A stretch of DNA of 64,000 nt. Source: Candidatus Multivoradales bacterium. Lineage in GTDB: Bacteria > Acidobacteriota > Thermoanaerobaculia > Multivoradales > Multivoraceae. Positions 20,793 through 29,845 of this stretch are shown piece by piece. The position numbers and the translations under genes were made by a program. The notes beneath the pieces were generated by a model that was not told the DNA's origin, searched no databases, and worked only from the letters and a program-made list of their open reading frames with translations. Within the stretch, counting starts at the first letter, position 1; every line of letters begins with the position of its first letter. The stretch is taken from positions 3,232,001 to 3,296,000 of the forward strand of contig CBDCWI010000002.1 of NCBI GenBank assembly GCA_965223325.1, written 5' to 3'.

Positions 20793-21874
20793 CGCCGCTC
20801 CCCGTCAGTTTGCCGAGTTCGCCCTGGCAGCGCTTCTACGCTGCCATGCATCGACGGCGAAGACGCCTCCTGAGTGCACAGGCCGAGCGCCTCCCCTGCC
20901 CCCTCCTGAGCGTTGGAAACATCCACTGGGGGGGCGGTGGGAAGACCCCCTTGACGATCGCAATCGCCCGCCATCTGCGCGCCAATGGACAGCGGCCGGG
21001 CATCCTCTCTCGTGGCTACGGCCGCGAGGGGTCCGAACCCTTGTTGGTCAGTGACGGTGACGGGCCACTTCACCCGCCCCGCCTCACCGGTGATGAACCC
21101 TGGATGATGGCCGAGGCGCTCCCAGGCACCCGAATCGCAGTCGCTGGCAGGCGGGCCGAGGCCGGTCGCCTACTGCTGGCGCTCGAGGAACCGCCGAACG
21201 TCTTGATCCTCGACGACGGCTTCTCCCACGTTCACCTCGCGCGCGACCTCGACATTCTCGCCTTCCCCCTGGCTGACCCCCTGGCCTCCGGCCGCCTGTT
21301 GCCAGGCGGGCGCCTGCGCGAGCCCCTGGCTGCGGTCGCGCACGCCGACGCGGTGGTGTTGACGGGCATACCGCGAGGCACCAGAGCTGACGACGAGGGC
21401 AGCCCCTGGCCGAGCGATGGCAAGACCCTCGCGAAGGATCTGCGCGAGGTTGGGTTCGAGGGCCCCGGATTCACCAGCTACAGAAAGCTCGAGCTTCTCG
21501 AGTGCCAGGCAGAACCGTCGGCCGACATCGTACCGGCACCGGCACTGCTCGTTTCTGGTGTGGCGCGGCCGGCCGCTGTGAGGGAATCGGCTGAGTCCCT
21601 GGGAATCAGGGTCGTTGATCACCTCACCTTCAGAGACCACCACGCCTTCCCCGAACGCAGCCTGCGCAGAATCGAACGCAGCTTCGAAAGCGCCCGGGCC
21701 GACGGCGCTCGCTACGTTCTGACGACCACCAAGGACCGGGTCAAGCTCGCCGGCCGTCTGCAGGCTCCACTGGTCGAACTCGCCCTCGACAGCACCCCCG
21801 AGCCTGCCTTCTTCGCCTGGCTCGATTGCGCCCTGCAGGCAATCAGAGACGAACGGGCGAGAGGTGTCCCATGA
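20789..21874 (+). CDS. lpxK: Tetraacyldisaccharide 4'-kinase
   Basis: SVGNIHWGGGGKTP, LSRGYG, GDEP, LDDGF.H, F.DHH.F and TT.KD.VK motifs. Confidence 0.95.
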   Translation: MTPLPVSLPSSPWQRFYAAMHRRRRRLLSAQAERLPCPLLSVGNIHWGGGGKTPLTIAIARHLRANGQRPGILSRGYGREGSEPLLVSDGDGPLHPPRLTGDEPWMMAEALPGTRIAVAGRRAEAGRLLLALEEPPNVLILDDGFSHVHLARDLDILAFPLADPLASGRLLPGGRLREPLAAVAHADAVVLTGIPRGTRADDEGSPWPSDGKTLAKDLREVGFEGPGFTSYRKLELLECQAEPSADIVPAPALLVSGVARPAAVRESAESLGIRVVDHLTFRDHHAFPERSLRRIERSFESARADGARYVLTTTKDRVKLAGRLQAPLVELALDSTPEPAFFAWLDCALQAIRDERARGVP

Positions 21875-22770
21875 AGGACGCCCCGGTACTCCATCGGCTG
21901 GAGTATGCAGTCTGGCTGCCGCTCCGATGGTTGATCACCGCCCTACCCATCGGACTGGTGCGCGCCCTCGGACGAACCCTGGGCCGGCTGTCGTTCTTTC
22001 TCCTACGCAAACGCCGCCGCATCGCCGAGGCCAACGTTGGGCGCGCCTTGCCCGAACTCTCGCCTGAGCGCCAGCGCGAAATCGCAAGACACTCTGCACA
22101 GGCGTTCGGGGAGTCGATGTTCGACGGCCTGGCCGCGACGCGCTACGACGCGCGAGCCCTTTGCCAGCGACTGTCGCTCGAGGGCTGGGAGAACCTCCAC
22201 ACCGCCAGGGCGGCCGGCAAAGGCATGATCATCGCGTCTGCCCATCTGGGATCCTGGGAAGTCGCCGCATGGACGCTGGGCCTTTCCGCCATGCCGATGA
22301 CCGTCGTTGGCCGCCATCCCGACAACCCATGGTTGCTCAGAGACATGTTGCAGCTCCGCGAGCGCTTCGGCAACACCATGGTCGGGCGACGGCGCGTCGG
22401 GCTCCGGCTCTATCGTCGGCTCATCGCGGGCGAGGCGGTTGGAATCATGATCGACCAGCGCGTCCACCCGGACGAAGGCGTCGAAGTCGAGCTGTTTGGC
22501 CACCGCACCTGGGCATCTCCACTCGCCGCCTACCTGTCGCTGCGAACCGGTGCGCCGCTGGTCGGCATCTATGCCATCGCTCAGCCCGGAGGCCGCTGGT
22601 GCGTCTGGACTTCGAAGCCGATCTTCCCGGTTGGGGACTACAAGAGCGAAGACGACCAGGCGAGACTGACCCGGCAGTACCTCCGGCAGGTCGTCGAAAC
22701 AGAGGTGCGACGCAACCCCGGGCGCTGGTTATGGATGCACGATCGGTGGCGGGACCAAAGGCCGAGTTGA
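21871..22770 (+). CDS. Lipid A biosynthesis acyltransferase (LpxL/HtrB family)
   Basis: SAHLGSWE, MIDQ and P..WLWMH.RW motifs. ATGA coupling to lpxK. Confidence 0.9.
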   Translation: MKDAPVLHRLEYAVWLPLRWLITALPIGLVRALGRTLGRLSFFLLRKRRRIAEANVGRALPELSPERQREIARHSAQAFGESMFDGLAATRYDARALCQRLSLEGWENLHTARAAGKGMIIASAHLGSWEVAAWTLGLSAMPMTVVGRHPDNPWLLRDMLQLRERFGNTMVGRRRVGLRLYRRLIAGEAVGIMIDQRVHPDEGVEVELFGHRTWASPLAAYLSLRTGAPLVGIYAIAQPGGRWCVWTSKPIFPVGDYKSEDDQARLTRQYLRQVVETEVRRNPGRWLWMHDRWRDQRPS

Positions 22771-22788
22771 TGGGCGGGCCAAGTGGGC

Positions 22789-23316
22789 CTACTCCAATTC
22801 GAACAGCCGATCCCCACCTTCAACGGCTTGGCCTGGCTCAACGAAGAGCTTCTTGACCACACCGTCGGCTTCGGCTTCGATTTCGTTCTCCATCTTCATC
22901 GCCTCGAGAACCAGCACCCCCTGCCCTGCCTCGACGGTCGCACCTTCTTCGACCAACAAGGTGACCACCCGCCCGGGCATCATGGCGAACGCGACTTTGG
23001 CGCCCTGGGCTCCTGCGCCGCCACCCGCTTCGGCAGCCAGGTGGGTGAGGGGATCCGACACCTGCACCACGGTGTCTTCGCCGCACATCGCGACCCGGTA
23101 GGCATCACCCGCGAAGGGCGACCGTTCCGGGAGCACCGCAACCTCGACCTGCTGACCGTCGATCAGGAGGCTGCGCACGACGCCGTTGCCGGCGTAGTCG
23201 ACCTCGTAGCTACGCGGACCCTCCTCGTCCTCGAGCGAGACTTTGAAGCGACCCGGTGCCAGAACACGAACCCTGGCCCGCGCTTCGCGGTCGCCAGCTG
23301 CAAGAAACCAGTCCAT
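22789..23316 (-). CDS. Biotin carboxyl carrier protein with N-terminal BT-like domain
   Basis: EAMKMENEI biotinylation motif and MPGRVV. Confidence 0.93.
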   Translation of the reverse strand: MDWFLAAGDREARARVRVLAPGRFKVSLEDEEGPRSYEVDYAGNGVVRSLLIDGQQVEVAVLPERSPFAGDAYRVAMCGEDTVVQVSDPLTHLAAEAGGGAGAQGAKVAFAMMPGRVVTLLVEEGATVEAGQGVLVLEAMKMENEIEAEADGVVKKLFVEPGQAVEGGDRLFELE

Positions 23317-23383
23317 CAGCTCCGCTCCTCCCGCTGGTCAACACTGTCCGGCTTCGGCTGCATCCTCTTCCGCGCACCAGAGC

Positions 23384-24928
23384 TCATCGGAGCGCCTCAG
23401 ACCGCGCCCTCTGGCGCCACCGCTGCCTGAGTCCCGCCCCACGCGTGGGATCTTCGAACGACACATCGCGGGCCGGCTTGCCGACGTGGGCGAGAACCGC
23501 CGCGATCATCGCCAGGTCACCCTGACTGGCGGCTCCGTTGGTGGAACCGTCGCCGTTCGACTCGGGTCCCAGGGCGCCAGAACCGAGCTTGCGGTCCAGC
23601 ATGCCGATGTCCATCTGGGCGCTCCGAAAGTCCGAATCGGCAAGCAGCGCCCTGAAGAGCGGCACCGTCGTGCGAATACCTTCGATACGAAGTTCGTCGA
23701 GGGCCCGCCCGAGCCGCGCCATCGCAACATCACGATTGGAACCATGGACGATCAACTTGGCAAGCATCGGGTCGTAATGAATCGACACTTCGCTTCCCTG
23801 AACGACGCCGCTATCGGTGCGCACTCCCGGCCCCTCCGGCCAACGCAAATGCTCGATCCGCCCGGGCGAGGGCGCGAAGTTGCGCCACGGATCCTCGGCG
23901 TAGATGCGCACCTCGATTGCATGTCCACGCGGCTCGAGGTCGCTCCAGGCCTCCGGTAACTCGCGACCCTCGGCGATATCGAGCTGGGCATGCACGAGAT
24001 CGATGCCGGTGACAGCCTCAGTGACGGGATGCTCCACCTGAAGCCGAGTGTTCATCTCTAGGAAATAGAAGTCACCGTCGGCATCGAGCAAGAACTCGAT
24101 GGTGCCTGCGCCTTCGTAGGCCACGGCTTTGGCAGCGCGCACTGCCGCCTCCCCCATGCGACGGCGCAGGCCACGATCGACGACCATCGATGGCGCCTCC
24201 TCGACGACTTTCTGGTGACGTCGCTGCAATGAACATTCGCGCTCGCCGAGCGAAACGACGTTGCCCGCCTGATCGCCGAGGATCTGGATCTCCACGTGAC
24301 GGGGATCGACCACGAAGCGCTCGACGTAGACCGCGGCGTCGCCGAAGCTCGCGCCGGCCTCAGACGTCGCGGCCCGGTAAGCGGCGGCCATCTCGTCGGC
24401 CGACTGCACCAGGCGCATCCCCTTGCCTCCACCCCCGGCCGACGCCTTGAGCATCACCGGATAGCCAATCTCGGCCGCAGCAGACTCCGCCGCCTGGGCG
24501 TCGGCCAAGGGCTCGGTTCCACCTGGAACAACTGGCACCCCGGCATCGATCATCAGCTTGCGGCTGGCGATCTTCGAGCCCATCGCTTCAATCGACTCGG
24601 GCGACGGACCGATGAACACCAGCCCAGCGTCGCGGCAAGCGCGCGAAAACGTCGCCCGCTCGGAAAGGAAGCCGTAGCCCGGATGAATCGCATCCGCCCC
24701 GATGCGAAGCGCAAGCGCGACGATGTCGTCGGCTTTCAAGTAGCTCTCCGTTGAGGGCGCAGGGCCCAGACACCAGGCTTCGTCAGCAAGCGCGACGTGA
24801 AGCGCATCGCGGTCGGCTTCCGAATACACCGCGACCGAACGCACATCGCGCTCTCGGAGGGCACGAATCACACGCACTGCGATCTCGCCTCGGTTGGCGA
24901 TCAATACCTTTCCAAGCGATCCACTCAT
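23384..24928 (-). CDS. Biotin carboxylase subunit of an acyl-CoA carboxylase
   Basis: LIANRGEIA, HPGYGFLSE, GGGGKGMR, ERECSLQRRHQK, EMNTRLQVEH and YDPMLAKL motifs. Confidence 0.96.
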   Translation of the reverse strand: MSGSLGKVLIANRGEIAVRVIRALRERDVRSVAVYSEADRDALHVALADEAWCLGPAPSTESYLKADDIVALALRIGADAIHPGYGFLSERATFSRACRDAGLVFIGPSPESIEAMGSKIASRKLMIDAGVPVVPGGTEPLADAQAAESAAAEIGYPVMLKASAGGGGKGMRLVQSADEMAAAYRAATSEAGASFGDAAVYVERFVVDPRHVEIQILGDQAGNVVSLGERECSLQRRHQKVVEEAPSMVVDRGLRRRMGEAAVRAAKAVAYEGAGTIEFLLDADGDFYFLEMNTRLQVEHPVTEAVTGIDLVHAQLDIAEGRELPEAWSDLEPRGHAIEVRIYAEDPWRNFAPSPGRIEHLRWPEGPGVRTDSGVVQGSEVSIHYDPMLAKLIVHGSNRDVAMARLGRALDELRIEGIRTTVPLFRALLADSDFRSAQMDIGMLDRKLGSGALGPESNGDGSTNGAASQGDLAMIAAVLAHVGKPARDVSFEDPTRGAGLRQRWRQRARSEALR

Positions 24929-25038
24929 AGGAGGCGGCTACCGTTTCTGGGTTGGTGAGAACCCTGGATTGTCGATCTCGGGGAGCCGTCATTCTTCCCT
25001 ACCTCGACCTGCCCGGCAAACACCCTATCTCTGGGACC

Positions 25039-27474
25039 TCAGTCGAGGCGTCGCGCCAGAAGTGGAAGTAGGGCTAGGCCAAGGAGCCCTAGGATCGAGA
25101 TCCCGACGGCGCGCTCTAACCGCACGCGGTCCGTGTGGATCTCGAGCTGGTGTTTGCCAGCCGGTACTTCAACCGCCAAGCGGGTCATATTGGCGATCTC
25201 GATCGGCACGGACTGTCCGTCGATCTTGGCGCGATAGAGCGGCAGGTAGGCCCGCTTCCACACCAGGACGGCCGGGCCTGGACTCTCGGTTTCGACCACG
25301 ATGGACTCCGGGCCACGAGCTCGTACCGAGATACTCGTATCGAGGTGTGGTTGGGGCCCAGACGAATCGCCCGCTGGACCCGGCAAGACGACTTGCCGCC
25401 GAGGATCAAACCCCGGTTTCGCCAGCGTGGCGAGTGCGGCGTTCATGTGCGGCGCCCGAATCACCTCGGTGACCAGCTCCAGCTCGCGCGCCGCTCCTTC
25501 GATCTCCCAGACGTAGGCCCAGACTCCAAAGGCGCGCCGTTTCGCCCGCAGCCTCACCATCGGCTCGGCGTCCGGGGCTGGACGCCGATCGATCACGACC
25601 AGGTCGTCTCCTAGCGCGCGCAGCAGGCGGATGCGCCCGGCGTCGTCAAGGACGTTCTCTAGAGCCTGCGAGACCGAATGGGTCAGGAAGGAGTCGAGCG
25701 CTTCGGGAGACGTGTTGAAGTCATAGCGCACACCGTGAAGCGCGCCAATGAACGGATAGAGCTCCTCAAAGCCGCGGCGTTGGATCCAGTGCAGGCTGGG
25801 GTCTGGATAGTCCGGCAACTCATTTGAATCGCCGGCGCCAAAGGCGCTATTGACACCACCGTGGAAGACCAGCTCACCCGGCTCGACTGCACTCAGAAGC
25901 TCTGGAACATGGCCGAGGTAGAGGGCTGAGTCCTCGGTCAGCATTGCCGGCTGGATGAGGAGAGTCTGGGCGGTGACATGCAGCGCCAAGAGCATCGCGC
26001 TACCCAGCGCGCGCCGACGTTGGCCGAGATAGGCCGCACCCAGGAGGAGTAGCACCAGAACCACGGACACCAAACCGATCTGGGCGATGCGTTGGGTCTC
26101 CCAGGCCGGAAGTGAATCAGGAAGAAACGACGACATGTTCTCGGCCACCCAGCCTTCGATCCAGTGCGAGCGGAATCGAGCCATGGCCCAGATGCCGACA
26201 AACACCGCCAAGAGTGCAGCGAGCGCTGCGTAGAGCCGCGACCAGCGCGCCTCTTCGCCCACAGGTTGCCTGCCAACCGTCCGCTCCCAGCCCAGGGCGA
26301 CAAGAACAGAGACTCCGATCGCGATCGACAGCCAGAACTTGATCGGAAAACGCAGCAGTCCGACACCGCTTGTCTTGATCAGCCACTGAATGCCCGGGTT
26401 GTAGCTGCCGGTCGCGATGAAGCCTCCAACCAGGCAGGTCAACCACGCAAAGCGGCGGGCGGCGACCAGCTCATTCGGTTGGCCTGGACCGGCACGCAGT
26501 GAGAGGCCCGAGCAGGCGACGAGCGCGAGCACCAGAATCCCTGGATAGAGCGTAAGGAAGAGCGGTTCCACCGTGTCGTAGAAGCTGCGGCCCCAGAGCA
26601 TGAGATCGGGCCGCCCGAACAGCATCGGAACAAACCACTCGAGGGCAAGCACCGGGTTGAAGCTGGCGACCAGAGCCCAGCGCTCGCTGAAGCCCCACAA
26701 ACCGCGAAACGAAGCGTCCATCGTGCGGACGAACTCGAACAGCTGTGGCGCCGCAAGCATGCTGCCGGCGACTCCGGCGGCTAGCGACAAGCTCAAGCCC
26801 CGGAAGTTGCACCAGGAGGGTCTGAAGTGACCCTTGACCAGAAGGGCCGCGCATCCCAGGCCGAGGGCCTGCAGACATGTCATGGGGTCGCCGGCTACCA
26901 GCGCCAGTCCCCAAACCACCGCTAAGAACACGGCACTCGCGCCGCGCCGGCGCCAGGTCAAACTCCCGTCCGCGGCCCACAACATTCCGGCCACCACCGC
27001 CGGTGTGAGCGCCGCGCCGGCGACGAGGTTGTGAAAGTTGAGCTGCGAGTAGAAGAAGCCCCCAGTGGCATAGGTAACGCCCATCGCCCAGGAAGCGCCG
27101 CGACTGAGCCCCAGGGCGCGACCCAGAAACATCCCGAACAGCGGCGCCAGAAGAACGTGAACCCAGAAGCGCACATTGAGAGTCCACATTGGACTGAAGA
27201 AGCGTAGAAGAAGGGTGTCGGGATAGAGCACCGAGGTGTTCGGGTTGCCCAACGCCGCCTGGCCAGCGCCACGCGACAGGTCGACCAACGGAATGTAGCC
27301 GTCTCTGAGCGCCTCGGCCTGGTGGGCCTTCATCGGCAGGTGCGAGTTGAAAACGTCGCGCACGAACAACGTCTCAGTCCCGAGAATCAAGGGCAGGAAG
27401 GTCACCAGCAGCAAGACGTAAGCCGGTACGAAGTAGTACCAGGACTTCTGCCCGATCGAACGTGACGTAGACAT
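25039..27474 (-). CDS. YfhO-family multi-pass membrane protein (putative GT-C glycosyltransferase)
   Basis: Many TM segments, N-terminal RD...H.P...L..G..PL...G...L.NP...LYP pattern, and C-terminal Y.P.YRA.IDG...AVEVPAG.H followed by a TM. Confidence 0.8.
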   Translation of the reverse strand: MSTSRSIGQKSWYYFVPAYVLLLVTFLPLILGTETLFVRDVFNSHLPMKAHQAEALRDGYIPLVDLSRGAGQAALGNPNTSVLYPDTLLLRFFSPMWTLNVRFWVHVLLAPLFGMFLGRALGLSRGASWAMGVTYATGGFFYSQLNFHNLVAGAALTPAVVAGMLWAADGSLTWRRRGASAVFLAVVWGLALVAGDPMTCLQALGLGCAALLVKGHFRPSWCNFRGLSLSLAAGVAGSMLAAPQLFEFVRTMDASFRGLWGFSERWALVASFNPVLALEWFVPMLFGRPDLMLWGRSFYDTVEPLFLTLYPGILVLALVACSGLSLRAGPGQPNELVAARRFAWLTCLVGGFIATGSYNPGIQWLIKTSGVGLLRFPIKFWLSIAIGVSVLVALGWERTVGRQPVGEEARWSRLYAALAALLAVFVGIWAMARFRSHWIEGWVAENMSSFLPDSLPAWETQRIAQIGLVSVVLVLLLLGAAYLGQRRRALGSAMLLALHVTAQTLLIQPAMLTEDSALYLGHVPELLSAVEPGELVFHGGVNSAFGAGDSNELPDYPDPSLHWIQRRGFEELYPFIGALHGVRYDFNTSPEALDSFLTHSVSQALENVLDDAGRIRLLRALGDDLVVIDRRPAPDAEPMVRLRAKRRAFGVWAYVWEIEGAARELELVTEVIRAPHMNAALATLAKPGFDPRRQVVLPGPAGDSSGPQPHLDTSISVRARGPESIVVETESPGPAVLVWKRAYLPLYRAKIDGQSVPIEIANMTRLAVEVPAGKHQLEIHTDRVRLERAVGISILGLLGLALLPLLARRLD

Positions 27475-27612
27475 GGAAGGGTTTCCCCAGGAGGTCGGGA
27501 GGGGCGCGCGCAAAAGCACCGGGGCGTGACGTGCGGGAACACATCAGCGAAGCGACGAGCTTTTTCGGTCAAAGCGTCCTCTTCGGACGCCGCGGTGAAT
27601 CATAATCGGCCC

Positions 27613-28476
27613 GTGGCCCCTCACCTAACAGCGCTGCGCCCACACCAGTGGGTCAAGAACGTTTTCGTGCTCGCACCGCTGGTCTTCGCGCGCGTCCTCG
27701 ATCAGCCTGAGTACGCCTGGCGTGGGGCGGTTGCCTTCGTCGCCTTCTGCTGTGTGGCCAGCGCGGTCTACCTTTTCAACGACTACCGCGATCGCGAGAA
27801 GGACCGGCTGCATCCCATCAAGCGCAACCGTCCGATCGCCTCCGGCAAGGTGTCGACTGGTAGCGCGGCGATCATGGCGGCCGTCTTGATTGCCATCGCC
27901 TTCGGTCTCAGTACCCTTCTACCGCGGCCCTTTCTGTGGGTCCTTGGTAGCTACCTGGCCCTCAACACCGCCTACACGCTGTGGCTCAAGCAGCTGGTCA
28001 TTCTCGATGTCATGTCGGTCGCCTTTTGCTACCTGCTGCGCGTGCAGGCCGGTGCGGCGGCGATTGAGGTCGAGGTCTCGAACTGGCTCCTCTTGTGCAC
28101 CGGCGCGCTCGCACTCTTCCTGGCGTTCTCCAAACGTCGTCACGAGCTGATGCTGATGGCGGAGAAGTCCGGTAGCCGGGAGGTCCTCTCGCACTATGGC
28201 GCGACCTTCTTGGATCAGATGATCAACGTGGTCACCACCTCGAGCCTGCTCGGCTACGTTCTCTACACGGTTGACGAAACCACCGTTCTGAAGTTCGGAA
28301 CCGACCGGCTGGTCCTCACCACACCGTTTGTTCTTTTCGGGATCTTCCGCTATCTCTACCTCATCTACCAGAAGACCTCCGACCGCAACCCGACCGAGGC
28401 GCTGGTCAAGGACCTGCCGTTTGTCATCAACATGGTTCTTTGGGCGGTCGCCGTCCTGGCGATTCTCTATCACTGA
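27613..28476 (+). CDS. UbiA-family polyprenyl-phosphate phosphoribosyltransferase (DPPR synthase-like)
   Basis: LRPHQWVKN, Y.FND..D.E.DR.HP.KR.RPIASG, KRRHEL and FGIFRYLY motifs. Start placed at GTG 27613, 6 nt after CATAAT. Confidence 0.9.
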   Translation: MAPHLTALRPHQWVKNVFVLAPLVFARVLDQPEYAWRGAVAFVAFCCVASAVYLFNDYRDREKDRLHPIKRNRPIASGKVSTGSAAIMAAVLIAIAFGLSTLLPRPFLWVLGSYLALNTAYTLWLKQLVILDVMSVAFCYLLRVQAGAAAIEVEVSNWLLLCTGALALFLAFSKRRHELMLMAEKSGSREVLSHYGATFLDQMINVVTTSSLLGYVLYTVDETTVLKFGTDRLVLTTPFVLFGIFRYLYLIYQKTSDRNPTEALVKDLPFVINMVLWAVAVLAILYH

Positions 28477-28503
28477 CCACTCTCGCACGCCCCCGCTACC
28501 GTC

Positions 28504-29619
28504 CTAGCGCTTGAACGCGAGGACCCCTTCGATGACGGCGTCCACCTCGGCGGCTTCGAGTTCCGGAAACAGCGGCAGCGCCAGGACCTCGGTCGCCGCT
28601 CTGCTGGCGGCGGGAAAGGACTGGCCACGGTGCGCCTCGGCGACCGCCGGCTGGTCGGCCACCGTGCGGGGATAGTGCACCGCACTGCCAATGCCGGCTT
28701 CGGCAAGATGGTTCTGCAACGCGTCGCGGTGCGAAGACCGCAACACGAACAGGTGATGGGCGGAGCGCGCGTAGGCCGGCTCATCGAGCAAGGTCAAACC
28801 AGGCTGACCGTTGAAAGCCTCCCGGTAGCGCTTGACGATGCTGGTGCGGGAACGGTTGGCTTCATCGAGCAGAGCCAGGCGACAGTGCAGAACCGCTGCC
28901 TGCAGGGCATCGAGCCGACTGTTCGTTCCGATCTCACCATGGAGATAGCGGCCGATCTGCCCGTGGTTCGCAAGCGAGCGCACCCGCGCCACCACTTCCG
29001 GATCGCCGGAGGTCACCGCCCCGCCGTCACCGAAGCAACCGAGGTTCTTCGATGGATAGAACGACCATGACGCCGCCCGCCCCAGGGTGCCGGCCGCTCT
29101 TTCCTGGCCATCGGCAGAGACGATGGACGCGCCGTGGGCTTGCGCTGCGTCTTCGACCCACAAGATCCCGTGTTCGAGGCAGAAGTCATCGACAGCGGGC
29201 CCGTTCATTGGCAGCCCGTAGAGGTGGACGCCAACCAGAGCCCGGGTTCGTTCGCTGACTGAGGCCTCGGCGGCAGCCAGGTCGAGGAGAAGAGTGCCAG
29301 GCTCGACATCGACGAGTACCGGGGTCGCGCCGGCCAGTGCGACCGACTCGTAGGTGGCGAAGAAGGTAAAGGCTGGTACCAGGACTTCGTCTCCAGGGCC
29401 GATTCCCAAGGCCTTGAGAGCCAGGGTCAGCGCATCGGTACCGTTGCCCACCCCAACGCAAGCGGCGGCACCAACGTACCGAGCGAAGGAGCGCTCGAAC
29501 TCGGCGACTTCTTCTCCAAGAACGAACGCCGTGTTGGCGAGCAGATCCTGCCAGCGGACAAGCAGATCTTTTTCGATGCGGTCACGGGCCCGCTCGAGGT
29601 TGAAGACAGGGACGCGCAA
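28504..29619 (-). CDS. DegT/DnrJ/EryC1/StrS PLP-dependent sugar aminotransferase
   Basis: GNGTDAL, VHLYG, EDAAQAHGA, SFYPSKNLGCFGDGG and NSRLDALQAA motifs. TTG start with GGAG SD. Confidence 0.94.
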   Translation of the reverse strand: MRVPVFNLERARDRIEKDLLVRWQDLLANTAFVLGEEVAEFERSFARYVGAAACVGVGNGTDALTLALKALGIGPGDEVLVPAFTFFATYESVALAGATPVLVDVEPGTLLLDLAAAEASVSERTRALVGVHLYGLPMNGPAVDDFCLEHGILWVEDAAQAHGASIVSADGQERAAGTLGRAASWSFYPSKNLGCFGDGGAVTSGDPEVVARVRSLANHGQIGRYLHGEIGTNSRLDALQAAVLHCRLALLDEANRSRTSIVKRYREAFNGQPGLTLLDEPAYARSAHHLFVLRSSHRDALQNHLAEAGIGSAVHYPRTVADQPAVAEAHRGQSFPAASRAATEVLALPLFPELEAAEVDAVIEGVLAFKR

Positions 29620-29845
29620 TGTTGATTCTCCAGCTGAGCCCAAACGCCAGGCGTTCGAAAGCGGTGGAACCTTGGCGCCGAACCGCGCCTGGCGTGTCCG
29701 GCGTTGCGCAGGGTACACCGCGCAGGCCCGAATCGTTTCCCTTGAAACCCTAGAAGGTGTAGGATTCCCTCGGCGTCGCCCAAGATCGCTGTCGACACTT
29801 CGCACCCACCCTCCGCTGAGCCCACTCGCGCCCCGTTCCCTCCCG

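Noticed and set aside
23316-23386. Selenocysteine/UGA read-through fusing BC to BCCP (considered because selA is present)
   Set aside because: The two genes are in different frames. I noticed no in-frame UGA at a Cys-equivalent position elsewhere in the window.
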